DNA of 64,000 bases, taken from positions 672-64,671 of the forward strand of contig CAYGRZ010000001.1 in NCBI GenBank assembly GCA_964352425.1. The letters are read 5' to 3'. The position numbers and the translations under genes are program-made. This stretch comes from an uncultured Planctomycetia bacterium. GTDB lineage: Bacteria > Omnitrophota > Gorgyraeia > 2-01-FULL-45-10. Below, one piece after another: positions 8,954 to 18,278 of the stretch. The number at the start of each line of letters is the position of its first letter. Positions within the stretch are counted from its first letter, which is position 1. The notes beneath the pieces are model-generated. The model was not told the DNA's origin. It saw only the letters and a program-made list of their open reading frames with translations, and ran no database searches.

Positions 8954-9883
8954 ATGACAGAATGTGCGTTCATATTTCCGGGGCAGGGCTCGCAGGCGGT
9001 CGGCATGGGCAAGGACCTTTACGAAAACTTTCCGCAGGCCAAGGAGGTTTTCGATACGGCGAACACAGTCCTGAAGTTCGATATAAAGAAACTCTGCTTC
9101 GAAGGTCCGCAGGAAGATCTTTCGACGACACACAACAGCCAGCCTGCCATCCTCGCGACGAGTATCGCGGCATTGCGGGTATTTGAAGCATCGCCGCTCT
9201 TCGCACACTACACACCGAAGTTCTGTATGGGCCTCAGTCTCGGCGAATACACGGCGCTCGTCGCTGCAGGGTGCATCTCTTTTGAAGACGCGCTCGTGCT
9301 GGTCAGGAAGCGCGGCGAGTACATGGAAGACGCCTCCCGCAGGAATCCCGGCACAATGGCGTGCGTGATCGGTATGGACCTGAAGGCGGTCGAGGATCTC
9401 TGCAAAGGCCTCGGCTGCGAGATAGCGAACCTTAATTGCCCCGGGCAGGTGGTCGTATCCGGCAAGACGAACAATATTGAGCTTTTCGCGAGCCTTGCGA
9501 AGGATAAGGGCGCAAAGCGGGTGCTGTTGCTCGACGTGAGCGGTCCGTTCCATTCATCGCTTATGACGGGGGCGCGCGATAAGCTCAAGGATTACATCGA
9601 AAAGGTCCGGATATCGGCGCCGAAGATACCGTTCATCAGTAATGTCGACGCACAGCCTCAGACCGATCCCGCGAAGATCAAGGAGAACCTGATAGCGCAG
9701 GTGAATTCCAGGACGCTGTGGGAGGGGTCGATGAAGCTTGTCGCCCAAAGCGGGGTCAGGACATTTGTCGAAATAGGGCCGGGGCAGGTGCTTAAGGGGC
9801 TGGCGAAGAAGATCGATCCCAAGCTCGAGCTGAAGAATGTCGGCACCGTCGTGGACCTCCAGATACACGTAACGGCGCCGTAA
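8954..9883 (+). CDS. fabD: Malonyl-CoA:ACP transacylase
   Basis: FPGQGSQ, GLSLGEY, ANLNCPGQ, VSGPFHS, EIGPG. Confidence 0.96.
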   Translation: MTECAFIFPGQGSQAVGMGKDLYENFPQAKEVFDTANTVLKFDIKKLCFEGPQEDLSTTHNSQPAILATSIAALRVFEASPLFAHYTPKFCMGLSLGEYTALVAAGCISFEDALVLVRKRGEYMEDASRRNPGTMACVIGMDLKAVEDLCKGLGCEIANLNCPGQVVVSGKTNNIELFASLAKDKGAKRVLLLDVSGPFHSSLMTGARDKLKDYIEKVRISAPKIPFISNVDAQPQTDPAKIKENLIAQVNSRTLWEGSMKLVAQSGVRTFVEIGPGQVLKGLAKKIDPKLELKNVGTVVDLQIHVTAP

Positions 9884-9904
9884 GTAGCCGGTCCTGCGCA
9901 CATC

Positions 9905-11326
9905 ATGAAGATCGCACTCTCCAGGAGCTTCATTACAGCTGTTGCCGCCAGCCTTACGCTGTCCCTGCTGGTTCTCGCAAAAGGCGGTTACCTGTTTCCG
10001 AAAAAGACCGGTTCATTCGAATATATCAGGAAGGGTGAGGCTCTCCTCGATAAAGGCAACTACACGGGCGCTATTGCCCTGTTCGAGAAAGCCAACGCCG
10101 CATCACCCGAGAACAAGACAATCGCCGATGACCTGATATATTCTTATTCAAAGCACGCTGCACGGCTCGCCGACGGGGAAAAATATGACGATGCGGTCTC
10201 TTACATGGTCAAGGCATATGGCATAGCAGCGAACGCATATACGATGCAGAACCTGGCGCTTACCTTTGAGAAGAAGGCATTGTATGAGGCAAGGCGCGAA
10301 GAATGGCCCAAAGCACTCAATAGCTTCGAAAAGGCGCGGCTCGCCGCGGAAGATTCAAATATCGCGATCAAAAGCCTGAGGATCTCACTGTACAATGACG
10401 CGGCGAACGAATTCAAGGCCGGACGTAGCAAGCTTGCGATCACACTCCTGAAGCAGGCTGCGCTCGTTTACCAGGATAGCCATATATTCTCGCTGCTTGG
10501 CACAATTTATTATAAGCTTTCCGATCTTGAGAAGGCCCGTTTTTATTTTGAAAAGGCCCGGCTCCTCGATCCGCAGGATAGGGACCTGGCAGAGGGCGTG
10601 CGCAAGGTGTCGAGTGAGCTCGAACTGTCGCAGGAAAAGACGGTCAGGCAGATCCCGCATTTTGAACTGCGGTACGACAAAGGCCAGCAGATCGACTCAG
10701 GCTATGTGGCGGGCGTGCTGGAGAGGGCCTATTTTGACGTCGGGAAAGACCTGGGGTATTATCCCGGTTCAAAGACCACGGTATTTTTTTACTCAACCGG
10801 TAATTTCAGGGACATATTCAAGACGCCGAGCATCGTGAGGGCGTTCTACGATGGCAATATGAGGATACCCATGCCTGAATCGGCGCTCGATGCGAAGGAG
10901 TTGGCGAGTTATCTGTATCATGAGTACACGCATGCGGTGCTGTCGGCAATGACCGGCAATATCTGTCCGCCGTGGCTCGGCGAGGGCATTGCCGTATGGG
11001 AAGAGGTGAGGTGGACCCGGCCGGGCGCTGTAATTAAACTGCCGGAGAAGGCCCTTGAAGGGCGCGCGCTTACGGTGCAGCGCTTGAGCGACGCTTTTAA
11101 GGGCACGGCCGCCGAAAAGACGGATATCCAGCTCTATTATTTACTCGCGTATACCGTCGCTGATTATATCGTGGATACGTGGGGGCCGGGCGGGCTGCGC
11201 GATGTCTTGGGGAGGATATCGGACGGAGCTCACGCGATAAATGCGATCGACGACGAGTTTTCTATCAGTGAAAAAGAATTCGATACGCGGTGGATTAATT
11301 ATCTCCGGGGAAAATACGTAAACTAG
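9905..11326 (+). CDS. Membrane-anchored/exported TPR protein with C-terminal peptidase MA-like (gluzincin) domain
   Basis: N-terminal hydrophobic segment, several TPR-like helices, HEYTH and PWLGEGIA motifs. Confidence 0.75.
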   Translation: MKIALSRSFITAVAASLTLSLLVLAKGGYLFPKKTGSFEYIRKGEALLDKGNYTGAIALFEKANAASPENKTIADDLIYSYSKHAARLADGEKYDDAVSYMVKAYGIAANAYTMQNLALTFEKKALYEARREEWPKALNSFEKARLAAEDSNIAIKSLRISLYNDAANEFKAGRSKLAITLLKQAALVYQDSHIFSLLGTIYYKLSDLEKARFYFEKARLLDPQDRDLAEGVRKVSSELELSQEKTVRQIPHFELRYDKGQQIDSGYVAGVLERAYFDVGKDLGYYPGSKTTVFFYSTGNFRDIFKTPSIVRAFYDGNMRIPMPESALDAKELASYLYHEYTHAVLSAMTGNICPPWLGEGIAVWEEVRWTRPGAVIKLPEKALEGRALTVQRLSDAFKGTAAEKTDIQLYYLLAYTVADYIVDTWGPGGLRDVLGRISDGAHAINAIDDEFSISEKEFDTRWINYLRGKYVN

Positions 11327-11336
11327 GAGGGTTGCA

Positions 11337-11915
11337 ATGGGAAAATCGCTCAAGGGGACGAAGACGGAAAGGAACCTGCTGGCGGCATTCGCGGGCGAGT
11401 CGCAGGCCAGAAACAGGTACACATATTTCGCGAGCGCCGCCCGCAAGGGTGGCTACGAGCAGATAGCGAATATCTTCACCGAGACGGCCGAGAACGAAAA
11501 AGAGCACGCGAAGATATTCTTCAAGCATCTCGAGGGCGGCGATGTCGTCATCAACGCGGCGTACCCGGCCGGCTCGATCAGGGACACGAAGGCGAACCTG
11601 GAAGCGGCGGCCGACGGTGAGAAGCTGGAATGGACGACCCTCTACGCCGATTTCGCGAAGACGGCCACAGACGAGGGCTTCCCTGACGTGGCGCGGTCTT
11701 TCGAGCAGATCGGGAAAGTCGAGAGATTCCACGAGGCGAGGTACAGGAAGCTTATCGATAACATCGCGAAGAATGAGGTCTTCAAGCGCACGCAGCTAGC
11801 GAAGTGGCATTGCATCAATTGCGGCTACGTGCACGAAGGCGCAGAGGCGCCGAACGAATGCCCCGCGTGCAGGCATCCGCGGGCATACTACGAAATATTG
11901 GCCGAGAACTTCTAG
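11337..11915 (+). CDS. rbr: Rubrerythrin
   Basis: AFAGESQARNRY, ENEKEHA, E..HEARY, C-terminal CINCGY...CPAC rubredoxin-like domain; GGAGG RBS. Confidence 0.94.
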   Translation: MGKSLKGTKTERNLLAAFAGESQARNRYTYFASAARKGGYEQIANIFTETAENEKEHAKIFFKHLEGGDVVINAAYPAGSIRDTKANLEAAADGEKLEWTTLYADFAKTATDEGFPDVARSFEQIGKVERFHEARYRKLIDNIAKNEVFKRTQLAKWHCINCGYVHEGAEAPNECPACRHPRAYYEILAENF

Positions 11916-11917
11916 CC

Positions 11918-12226
11918 ATGGCACGGGCCCTGGCGGAAACAATAGGTTACCGGAAGGGCGCTATAGTCAGCCGCGAAATAGCGCGGAAGAGGGCCGGAAC
12001 GGTCACGGTCTTCGCGTTCGATAAGGGACAGGCCTTAAGCGAGCACACGGCCCCGTTCGATGCGATCGTCTATATCCTTGACGGACAGGCCCAGATCACC
12101 ATCGCGGGGTCGCGCCGTCCGGCAAAGGCGGGCGAGATGGTGGTGATGCCGGCTGATAAGCCGCACGCGCTGAAGGCGGCGCGGCGATTCAAGATGCTGC
12201 TTATCATGTTAAGATCCGGGGACTAA
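11918..12226 (+). CDS. Cupin domain protein
   Basis: FAFDKGQALSEHTAPFDA and MPADKPHAL cupin motifs; ATG right after the rbr stop. Confidence 0.88.
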   Translation: MARALAETIGYRKGAIVSREIARKRAGTVTVFAFDKGQALSEHTAPFDAIVYILDGQAQITIAGSRRPAKAGEMVVMPADKPHALKAARRFKMLLIMLRSGD

Positions 12227-12228
12227 AG

Positions 12229-13866
12229 GTGTTCCGGCCGACAGAGGTGCTCTTTAGTCCCACGACGAGATGTAACCTGCGCTGCGCCCACTGCGATGTA
12301 GAGCGCACCGGAAAGACGCTTTCGGCCGGCAGTGCGAAGAGATTTCTTAAAGGGTGCGCAAGGCTCGGCGTAAAGCGCGTCGGTTTTACCGGCGGAGAGC
12401 CGTTCCTGGCGCTGGATTTCCTCTGTGATGTAAGTTCTGAGGCTCTCAGGCAGGGATTTCTCTTCGACAGGATCATGACCAACGGTGTGTGGTGGAGCGA
12501 CACTCTCGCGATGGCCGGGTCGCTTATGCGGCTGCGGGGCGCAGGCTACGACGGTTCGATATGTGTCAGCGTCGATGCATTCCACGCTCAGGGCATAAAA
12601 AAGGCGGCAGAGTTTATTAAGACCGCCGTTTCGGTCTGGCGAAGGCCTGACATTGTATCCGTCGCGTATGTGGGCGGCTGCCGGGACAGACAGACCGCCC
12701 GGAAGCTCGACGCACTCGACAAAGCGGTGAAGGGAGCAGGCATATGTATCAGGAAGGTCAAGATACCTCTTTCGGCGGCCGGCAGGGGAACGGCAGTAAA
12801 GGGAGCCTGGGACGGCGCGTGGTTTAAAGAAGACCATTGCAGGGGACCCGGCAACGCGTTTTTCGTTTTGCCCAGCGGCGACGTCAAGCCGTGCTGCGGG
12901 TACGCGACGCTCAGACGGGAACTGACGGTGGGTAATATACAGCGCGACAGCGCGCATGATATCATGAAAAATATCCGCGGCAATCGTTTCGTCAGCGCCG
13001 TCTTCAATTCCGGTTTGAGCGCGATACGGAAAAAGCTCGAAGCGGGGCTCTGGCGCTTCCCGGGCAAGACGACCGACCATTGCTTTTTCTGCGAGTACCT
13101 CCTAAAAAAAGTTCCGCGAAAGGTGCTCGCAAAGGCCCTGGCAACGATCCTCCTGTTCTTATTCGCAATCACCTTCCAGGCATCCGCGCAGGAGCTTAAG
13201 CCCGCGAAAGACATGCGCCGTATACCCGCAAAAGTGCTGCGCAGGATCGATATCCCGGCATGGTATCACGAAGGCATGTTCTACGACGGCAAATCGTTAT
13301 GGCTGGCCAACGGCGAAAAAGGAAAGATATGGGTCATCGACGCTTCCTCGGGTAAGGTGACCTCTGAGATTGTTCCCGTCGCCGATTTCGCCGAGGCATT
13401 GATACGGCGTCCCGACGGAGCCTTGTTCACGACCGAATGGTATACCATGAAGCTGTATAAGGTCAGGCTGGAAGGCGGCCGGCTCGTGCCGGAATCGGAG
13501 CTGTCGTTCTATCCCGCGCATCCGGCCGGGCTTGCCAGCGACGAAAAACGCCTGTTCGTCGTCGTATGGAAGCGCGGCTTCGGCACGAAGTTCGAGCTCG
13601 TCGAGCTTGATGCCGGCATGAAGATAATCAACAGGATGATGATCAAGGGTATCCATGAGCCTGACCAGCTTACGTGGGACGGCAAAGACCTCTGGGCGTC
13701 GAGCTGGTACTCTAAGCGCGTGTACAGGATCGATACCGTTGTATGGGAGATTACAGGATATTTCAACTCGCCGGTAACAAAGACGACGGGTATCGCCTGG
13801 GACGGTAAATACATGTGGGTGACCGGCACATACGGTGACCTGTACCAGATGGAGATAGGAGGGTAG
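12229..13866 (+). CDS. Radical SAM/SPASM-like protein fused through a hydrophobic segment to a glutaminyl-cyclase-like beta-propeller
   Basis: CNLRCAHC, GGEP, GDVKPCC..GNI, CFFC; then LATILLFLFAITFQASAQ; then blades EGMFYDG, GLASD, LTWDGKDLW, GIAWDGKYMWVTG. Confidence 0.75.
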   Translation: MFRPTEVLFSPTTRCNLRCAHCDVERTGKTLSAGSAKRFLKGCARLGVKRVGFTGGEPFLALDFLCDVSSEALRQGFLFDRIMTNGVWWSDTLAMAGSLMRLRGAGYDGSICVSVDAFHAQGIKKAAEFIKTAVSVWRRPDIVSVAYVGGCRDRQTARKLDALDKAVKGAGICIRKVKIPLSAAGRGTAVKGAWDGAWFKEDHCRGPGNAFFVLPSGDVKPCCGYATLRRELTVGNIQRDSAHDIMKNIRGNRFVSAVFNSGLSAIRKKLEAGLWRFPGKTTDHCFFCEYLLKKVPRKVLAKALATILLFLFAITFQASAQELKPAKDMRRIPAKVLRRIDIPAWYHEGMFYDGKSLWLANGEKGKIWVIDASSGKVTSEIVPVADFAEALIRRPDGALFTTEWYTMKLYKVRLEGGRLVPESELSFYPAHPAGLASDEKRLFVVVWKRGFGTKFELVELDAGMKIINRMMIKGIHEPDQLTWDGKDLWASSWYSKRVYRIDTVVWEITGYFNSPVTKTTGIAWDGKYMWVTGTYGDLYQMEIGG

Positions 13867-13870
13867 CGCC

Positions 13871-14458
13871 GTGGGGCGTATAGTGAGAGAGATCCCGGCG
13901 GTACTGATGCTCGCCGTCATAGTGGCGGCATTGTGCGTGTGCGCCCGGCAGCATGCCTGTGCGGCGGCGAAGATAACGGTGACGAGCGCCTCTTTTAAAG
14001 AGGGCCAGATGATGCCCGAAAAGCACGCGTATGACAAAGACAATTCTTCGCCTTCGATAGGATGGTCCGGGATCCCTGCGGGCACCAGGACTATAGCCGT
14101 TATCTGCGATGACCCTGATGCGCCTTCGGGCAGCTGGGTGCATTGGGTCATATTCAATATTCCCGCTTCTGCGATCGGGTTGCCGGAAGGTATACCGATG
14201 GCTGAACAGTTCGATGACGGCACGTTGCAGGGAACCAACGATTTTAAGAAACCCGGTTATGACGGCCCCTATCCGCCGTACGGGACGCACAGGTATGTCT
14301 TTACAGTGTATGCCCTCGACATGGTGTCAGATCTCGCGCAGGATGCGACGAGGCAGGACCTTATGCGCGCTATGGGCGGCCACGTGCTTGGCACGGGCTC
14401 GCTCACGGGACGGTATAAAAGAAAAATTGACACCCCCAAAGAGGATGTGATAGAGTAA
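13871..14458 (+). CDS. YbhB/YbcL (PEBP, Raf kinase inhibitor-like) protein with signal peptide
   Basis: DPDAP..WVHWVIFNIP, GYDGPYPP.GTHRY.F..YALD. Confidence 0.9.
   Translation: MGRIVREIPAVLMLAVIVAALCVCARQHACAAAKITVTSASFKEGQMMPEKHAYDKDNSSPSIGWSGIPAGTRTIAVICDDPDAPSGSWVHWVIFNIPASAIGLPEGIPMAEQFDDGTLQGTNDFKKPGYDGPYPPYGTHRYVFTVYALDMVSDLAQDATRQDLMRAMGGHVLGTGSLTGRYKRKIDTPKEDVIE
14427..14456 (+). promoter_or_regulatory. Possible sigma70 promoter for gpsA
   Basis: TTGACA 14427-14432, 18 nt, TG-n-TAGAGT ending 14456, 10 nt before the ATG. Confidence 0.45.
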
Positions 14459-14466
14459 ATCTGCTC

Positions 14467-15477
14467 ATGGATACAAAGAATATATGCATAATCGGTGACG
14501 GTGGTTGGGGCACGACATTAGGTATCCTGCTCTCCGGCAAAGGATGCAGCGTAACGCTCTGGGGGGCGTTTCCTGATTATATTGAAACGTTCCGCAGAGC
14601 CCGGCAGAATATAAAATTCCTGCCCGGCGTAAAGCTGCCCGACAGTTTTAAGCTCACCTCCGACCTCGAAGAGGCCCTCAGGAATAAAGATATCGTCGTC
14701 CTTGCCGTCCCGTCGCAATATATGAGGGCGGTCCTCATGATGCTCAAGATGGAGAATCTCGAAGGCAAGGTCCTGGTGAGCGTTGCAAAAGGTATAGAGA
14801 ATACCACGCTTAAGAGGATGTCGGAAGTGATCGGCGAGATCCTCGGCGCACGGCAGGTCGCTGTCCTCTCGGGACCGACGATAGCCCTCGAGGTCGTCAA
14901 CGGCGTACCGACCTCAGCGGTAATAGCGTCAAAAGACCGCATCCTTGCATCGGAGCTCCAGGATCTCTTTATGACAGAGCGGTTCCGCATTTATACGAAT
15001 GATGACGTCATTGGCGTTGAACTCGGGGGCTCGCTTAAGAACATTATCGCCATCGCCGCCGGCACGCTCGACGCGCTCGGTTTTGGGACCAATTCGAAGG
15101 CGGCGCTGCTGACCCGGGGCATCGTCGAGATGGCGAGGCTCGGCGTCGCTATGGGCGCCAAGCGCGATACCTTTTACGGGTTAAGCGGCCTGGGCGACCT
15201 CACGACGACCTGCACAAGCCAGTATTCGAGAAACAGATGGCTCGGGGAAGAGATAGGCAGGGGCAGGAAGATGAAGGATATCGTGAAAGAGACTGAGATG
15301 GTCGTCGAGGGTGTCGCAACCGCGCGATCCGCGTATGACCTGTCGAAAAAATATAAAGTCGATATGCCCATAACCACCGAGATCTACAGGGTCCTCTACG
15401 AAAACAAAGACCCCAAGCAAGCCATCCGCGACCTCATGACACGGCCATCCAAGACCGAGATCGAATACCTTTCTTAA
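14467..15477 (+). CDS. gpsA: NAD(P)H-dependent glycerol-3-phosphate dehydrogenase
   Basis: IGDGGWGT, AKGIE, LSGP, GVELGGSLKN, GLSGLGDL..TC...SRN. Confidence 0.95.
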   Translation: MDTKNICIIGDGGWGTTLGILLSGKGCSVTLWGAFPDYIETFRRARQNIKFLPGVKLPDSFKLTSDLEEALRNKDIVVLAVPSQYMRAVLMMLKMENLEGKVLVSVAKGIENTTLKRMSEVIGEILGARQVAVLSGPTIALEVVNGVPTSAVIASKDRILASELQDLFMTERFRIYTNDDVIGVELGGSLKNIIAIAAGTLDALGFGTNSKAALLTRGIVEMARLGVAMGAKRDTFYGLSGLGDLTTTCTSQYSRNRWLGEEIGRGRKMKDIVKETEMVVEGVATARSAYDLSKKYKVDMPITTEIYRVLYENKDPKQAIRDLMTRPSKTEIEYLS

Positions 15478-15522
15478 AAAGCGTTTCCGCCACCGATTAT
15501 ATACCCAAAAACATCTTTTTTG

Positions 15523-15551
15523 TTCCATAAAGCATGCGGATTTGATATAAT
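15523..15551 (+). promoter_or_regulatory. Extended -10 promoter upstream of the tRNA fragment
   Basis: TTCCAT, 17 nt, TATAAT (15546-15551) preceded by TG-n. Confidence 0.55.
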
Positions 15552-15585
15552 ACTGGCCTGCCATTATCAATATTATGGTGTATGT

Positions 15586-15746
15586 CGGGGCGTAGCGCAG
15601 ACCGGCTAGCGCACTTGTTCAATGAGCAGATGCGTTATGTCCGTCCGAAGGACGACATAACGCATAGGCCGCAGGCCGTCTGCGAATTAATCCCGCAAGA
15701 CTCAGCTTAAGAGATCGCAGTCAGCTATAAAGTTGTCTTGCGGGAC
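15586..15746 (+). pseudogene. tRNA-Pro 5' half interrupted near the anticodon by a ~120-nt structured insert; no recognisable 3' half
   Basis: 15586-15617 is 30/32 identical to the 5' half of the intact tRNA-Pro at 15779; hairpins follow at 15630-15665 and 15691-15745. Confidence 0.7.
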
Positions 15747-15778
15747 TTGGGATTAGATATATAATAGCGAATTCATAT

Positions 15779-15856
15779 CGGGGAGTAGCGCAGCCCGGCT
15801 AGCGCACTTGCTTGGGGTGCAAGGGGTCGTGAGTTCAAATCTCATCTCCCCGACCA
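15779..15856 (+). tRNA. tRNA-Pro (GGG)
   Basis: Acceptor CGGGGAG/CTCCCCG+ACCA; anticodon arm CTTGC-TTGGGGT-GCAAG; T arm GTGAG-TTCAAAT-CTCAT; TATAAT at 15760-15765. Confidence 0.96.
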
Positions 15857-15874
15857 TTTTACAAAGGAAGCAGT

Positions 15875-17200
15875 ATGAAAACGGTCAATATCGGGATAAT
15901 CGGTTTCGGGACCATAGGCGCCGGTGTTGTGAAGGCACTTACGTCCAGGAGGGCATTCCTGCGAGAGAAGAGCGGCATCGATATAAATATCGTCAAAATA
16001 TGCGATAAGGACCTGAAGACGAGGCGTAGCGTAAAAGTCGCAAAGAGCCTCCTTACGAAAGTTGTCGGCAAGGTGATCTACGATCCTACAATCGATATCG
16101 TCGTTGAGCTTATCGGCGGTATAACCCCGGCAAAAGACATCGTGCTCGAGTCGCTTAAGGCAGGCAAGAATGTCGTCACTGCGAACAAAGCGCTTCTTTC
16201 CGACTCCGGTGACCAGATATTCAGCCTGGCGAACGACCTGGGCCTCTCGGTAGGGTTTGAGGCGTCGGTCGGGGGCGGTATCCCGATCATACGGGCGATC
16301 AAGGAAGGGTTTATCGCTGACCGGATAGAGCTCATCTACGGTATTATCAACGGGACGAGTAACTTCATATTGACCAGGATGGCCGAAGATAAGCTCTCTT
16401 TCAAAGAAGCGCTCGCGATCGCCCAGGTCCGGGGATATGCCGAGAAGGACCCGTATCTCGATATCAGCGGCGGCGATTCTGCCCATAAGTTGTCGATCCT
16501 CGCCCTTCTGGGATTCGGCGCGGTAGTCAAGCCGGCGGATATTTACACCGAAGGCATCGTCGATATCGAACAGGATGACATCCAGTATGCCGCCGGCATG
16601 GGATACGCCATCAAGCTGCTTGCCATAGCAAAGAGAAATAAAGGTGCCCTGGAGCTCCGCGTCCATCCGACACTTATTCCCGCGTCGCATCTTCTGTCGA
16701 ATGTGAGCGGTGTTTATAACGCCATATTCGTCAAAGGCGACCTGGTCGGTGAGAACCTGTTCTATGGCCAGGGCGCCGGTGCTCAGCCGACATCGAGCGC
16801 GGTGGTGAGCGATATCATGGCGATAGCCAAATGCATGAATGATGGTGGCGCGCAAGGGCATACATGCATGCGCGGCGCTCGATCAAAGATGGAGAAGTGC
16901 ATACCGATCAGGAAAGACGTGAGCAGGATCGAGAAGATGGACGAGGTCATGACGAGATATTATATCAAGTTTCTCGCCATCGATAAGCCGGGAGTCCTCA
17001 CAAAGATATCCGGCGTGCTCGCCAAACACAGGATCAGCATCGCGAGCGTCACCCAGAAGGAGCGCAGGGCCGGCAGCGTGGTCCCCATAGTGATGATGAC
17101 GCACGATGCACTCGAGAGGGACATGGCGAAAGCGCTGAGGGAGATAGCCAGGTTGAATGTGATAAAGAAAAGGCTTGTCCGCATCAGGGTGGAGAATTGA
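15875..17200 (+). CDS. hom: Homoserine dehydrogenase with C-terminal ACT domain
   Basis: [46 protein letters not shown] domain. Confidence 0.95.
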   Translation: MKTVNIGIIGFGTIGAGVVKALTSRRAFLREKSGIDINIVKICDKDLKTRRSVKVAKSLLTKVVGKVIYDPTIDIVVELIGGITPAKDIVLESLKAGKNVVTANKALLSDSGDQIFSLANDLGLSVGFEASVGGGIPIIRAIKEGFIADRIELIYGIINGTSNFILTRMAEDKLSFKEALAIAQVRGYAEKDPYLDISGGDSAHKLSILALLGFGAVVKPADIYTEGIVDIEQDDIQYAAGMGYAIKLLAIAKRNKGALELRVHPTLIPASHLLSNVSGVYNAIFVKGDLVGENLFYGQGAGAQPTSSAVVSDIMAIAKCMNDGGAQGHTCMRGARSKMEKCIPIRKDVSRIEKMDEVMTRYYIKFLAIDKPGVLTKISGVLAKHRISIASVTQKERRAGSVVPIVMMTHDALERDMAKALREIARLNVIKKRLVRIRVEN

Positions 17201-17201
17201 T

Positions 17202-18278
17202 ATGTGGAAGGGCCTCATTGAAGAATACAGAAAGTTCCTGCCGGTAACGCCGAAGACACCGGTCGTCACGCTGAAGGAAGGCAACACTCCTTTGATATAT
17301 GCCTGCCATATTTCCGGCCTTATCGGCGACGGGATCGAGGTATATTTAAAATATGAAGGGTTGAATCCCACCGGCTCGTTCAAGGACCGCGGGATGACGA
17401 TGGCGATATCGAAGGCGCTTGAGGAAGGCTCTAAAGTGGTTATGTGCGCCTCGACCGGGAATACCTCGGCGTCTGCAGCGGCCTATGCGGCGAAAGCCGG
17501 CCTGAAATGCGTGGTACTTATTCCGGAAGGCAATATAGCGCTCGGAAAGCTTTCGCAGGCGCTCATCCACGGATCGAAGGTCATTGCGATCAAGGGCAAT
17601 TTCGATGACGCGCTTGAGCTCGTCAAAGAGATCACTAAAAAATATCCCATTACGCTGGTAAATTCGCTCAATCCCTACAGGATAGAAGGGCAGAAGACCG
17701 GCAGCTTCGAAATATGCGACACACTGGGAGATGCGCCCGATTTTCACGCGATACCGGTAGGCAATGCAGGCAATATCACCGCGTATTGGAAGGGGTACAA
17801 GGAGTATAAGGACGCTGGTAAGAGCAGGAAACTGCCGAAGATGCTGGGCTTCCAGGCCGAGGGAGCCGCGCCTATTGTGTTGGGCCATCCTGTGAAGGAT
17901 CCAAAGACTATTGCCACGGCCATCAAGATCGGTAATCCCGCGAGCTGGAAGCAGGCCGAGGCCGCGCGCGACGAATCAGGCGGCCTGATAGGCACGGTAA
18001 CCGACGACGAGATCCTGGCGGCGTATAAGCTGCTTGCCTCGAAGGAAGGCGTATTTGTTGAGCCGGCGAGTGCGGCGAGCGTGGCCGGGGTATTGAAGCT
18101 CGCGAAAAAAGGTTATTTTAAAAATCTACGGACTACCGACTACGGACTGCCGACCAAGATCGTCTGCATCCTGACCGGCCACGGGCTCAAGGACCCGGAC
18201 AGGGCGATAGCAAGTATCGAGAAACCTGTAACATTGGAACCGAAAGTTGAAGTGATCCTCAAGGAGATCGGGCTATGA
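17202..18278 (+). CDS. thrC: Threonine synthase
   Basis: [19 protein letters not shown] lysine, [23 protein letters not shown]. Confidence 0.96.
   Translation: MWKGLIEEYRKFLPVTPKTPVVTLKEGNTPLIYACHISGLIGDGIEVYLKYEGLNPTGSFKDRGMTMAISKALEEGSKVVMCASTGNTSASAAAYAAKAGLKCVVLIPEGNIALGKLSQALIHGSKVIAIKGNFDDALELVKEITKKYPITLVNSLNPYRIEGQKTGSFEICDTLGDAPDFHAIPVGNAGNITAYWKGYKEYKDAGKSRKLPKMLGFQAEGAAPIVLGHPVKDPKTIATAIKIGNPASWKQAEAARDESGGLIGTVTDDEILAAYKLLASKEGVFVEPASAASVAGVLKLAKKGYFKNLRTTDYGLPTKIVCILTGHGLKDPDRAIASIEKPVTLEPKVEVILKEIGL
18126..18153 (+). repeat. 4x heptamer tandem repeat (CTRCSGA) inside thrC
   Basis: CTACGGA CTACCGA CTACGGA CTGCCGA; translates within [10 protein letters not shown]. Confidence 0.8.

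Noticed and set aside
15586-15856. tRNA duplication as attL/attR of an integrated element
   Set aside because: The duplicated part is the 5' half, the interval is under 200 bp, and no integrase is present; treated instead as an interrupted tRNA.
16849-16874. Small palindrome in the Hom interdomain linker
   Set aside because: A 6-bp GC-rich stem is expected by chance and there is no second copy.
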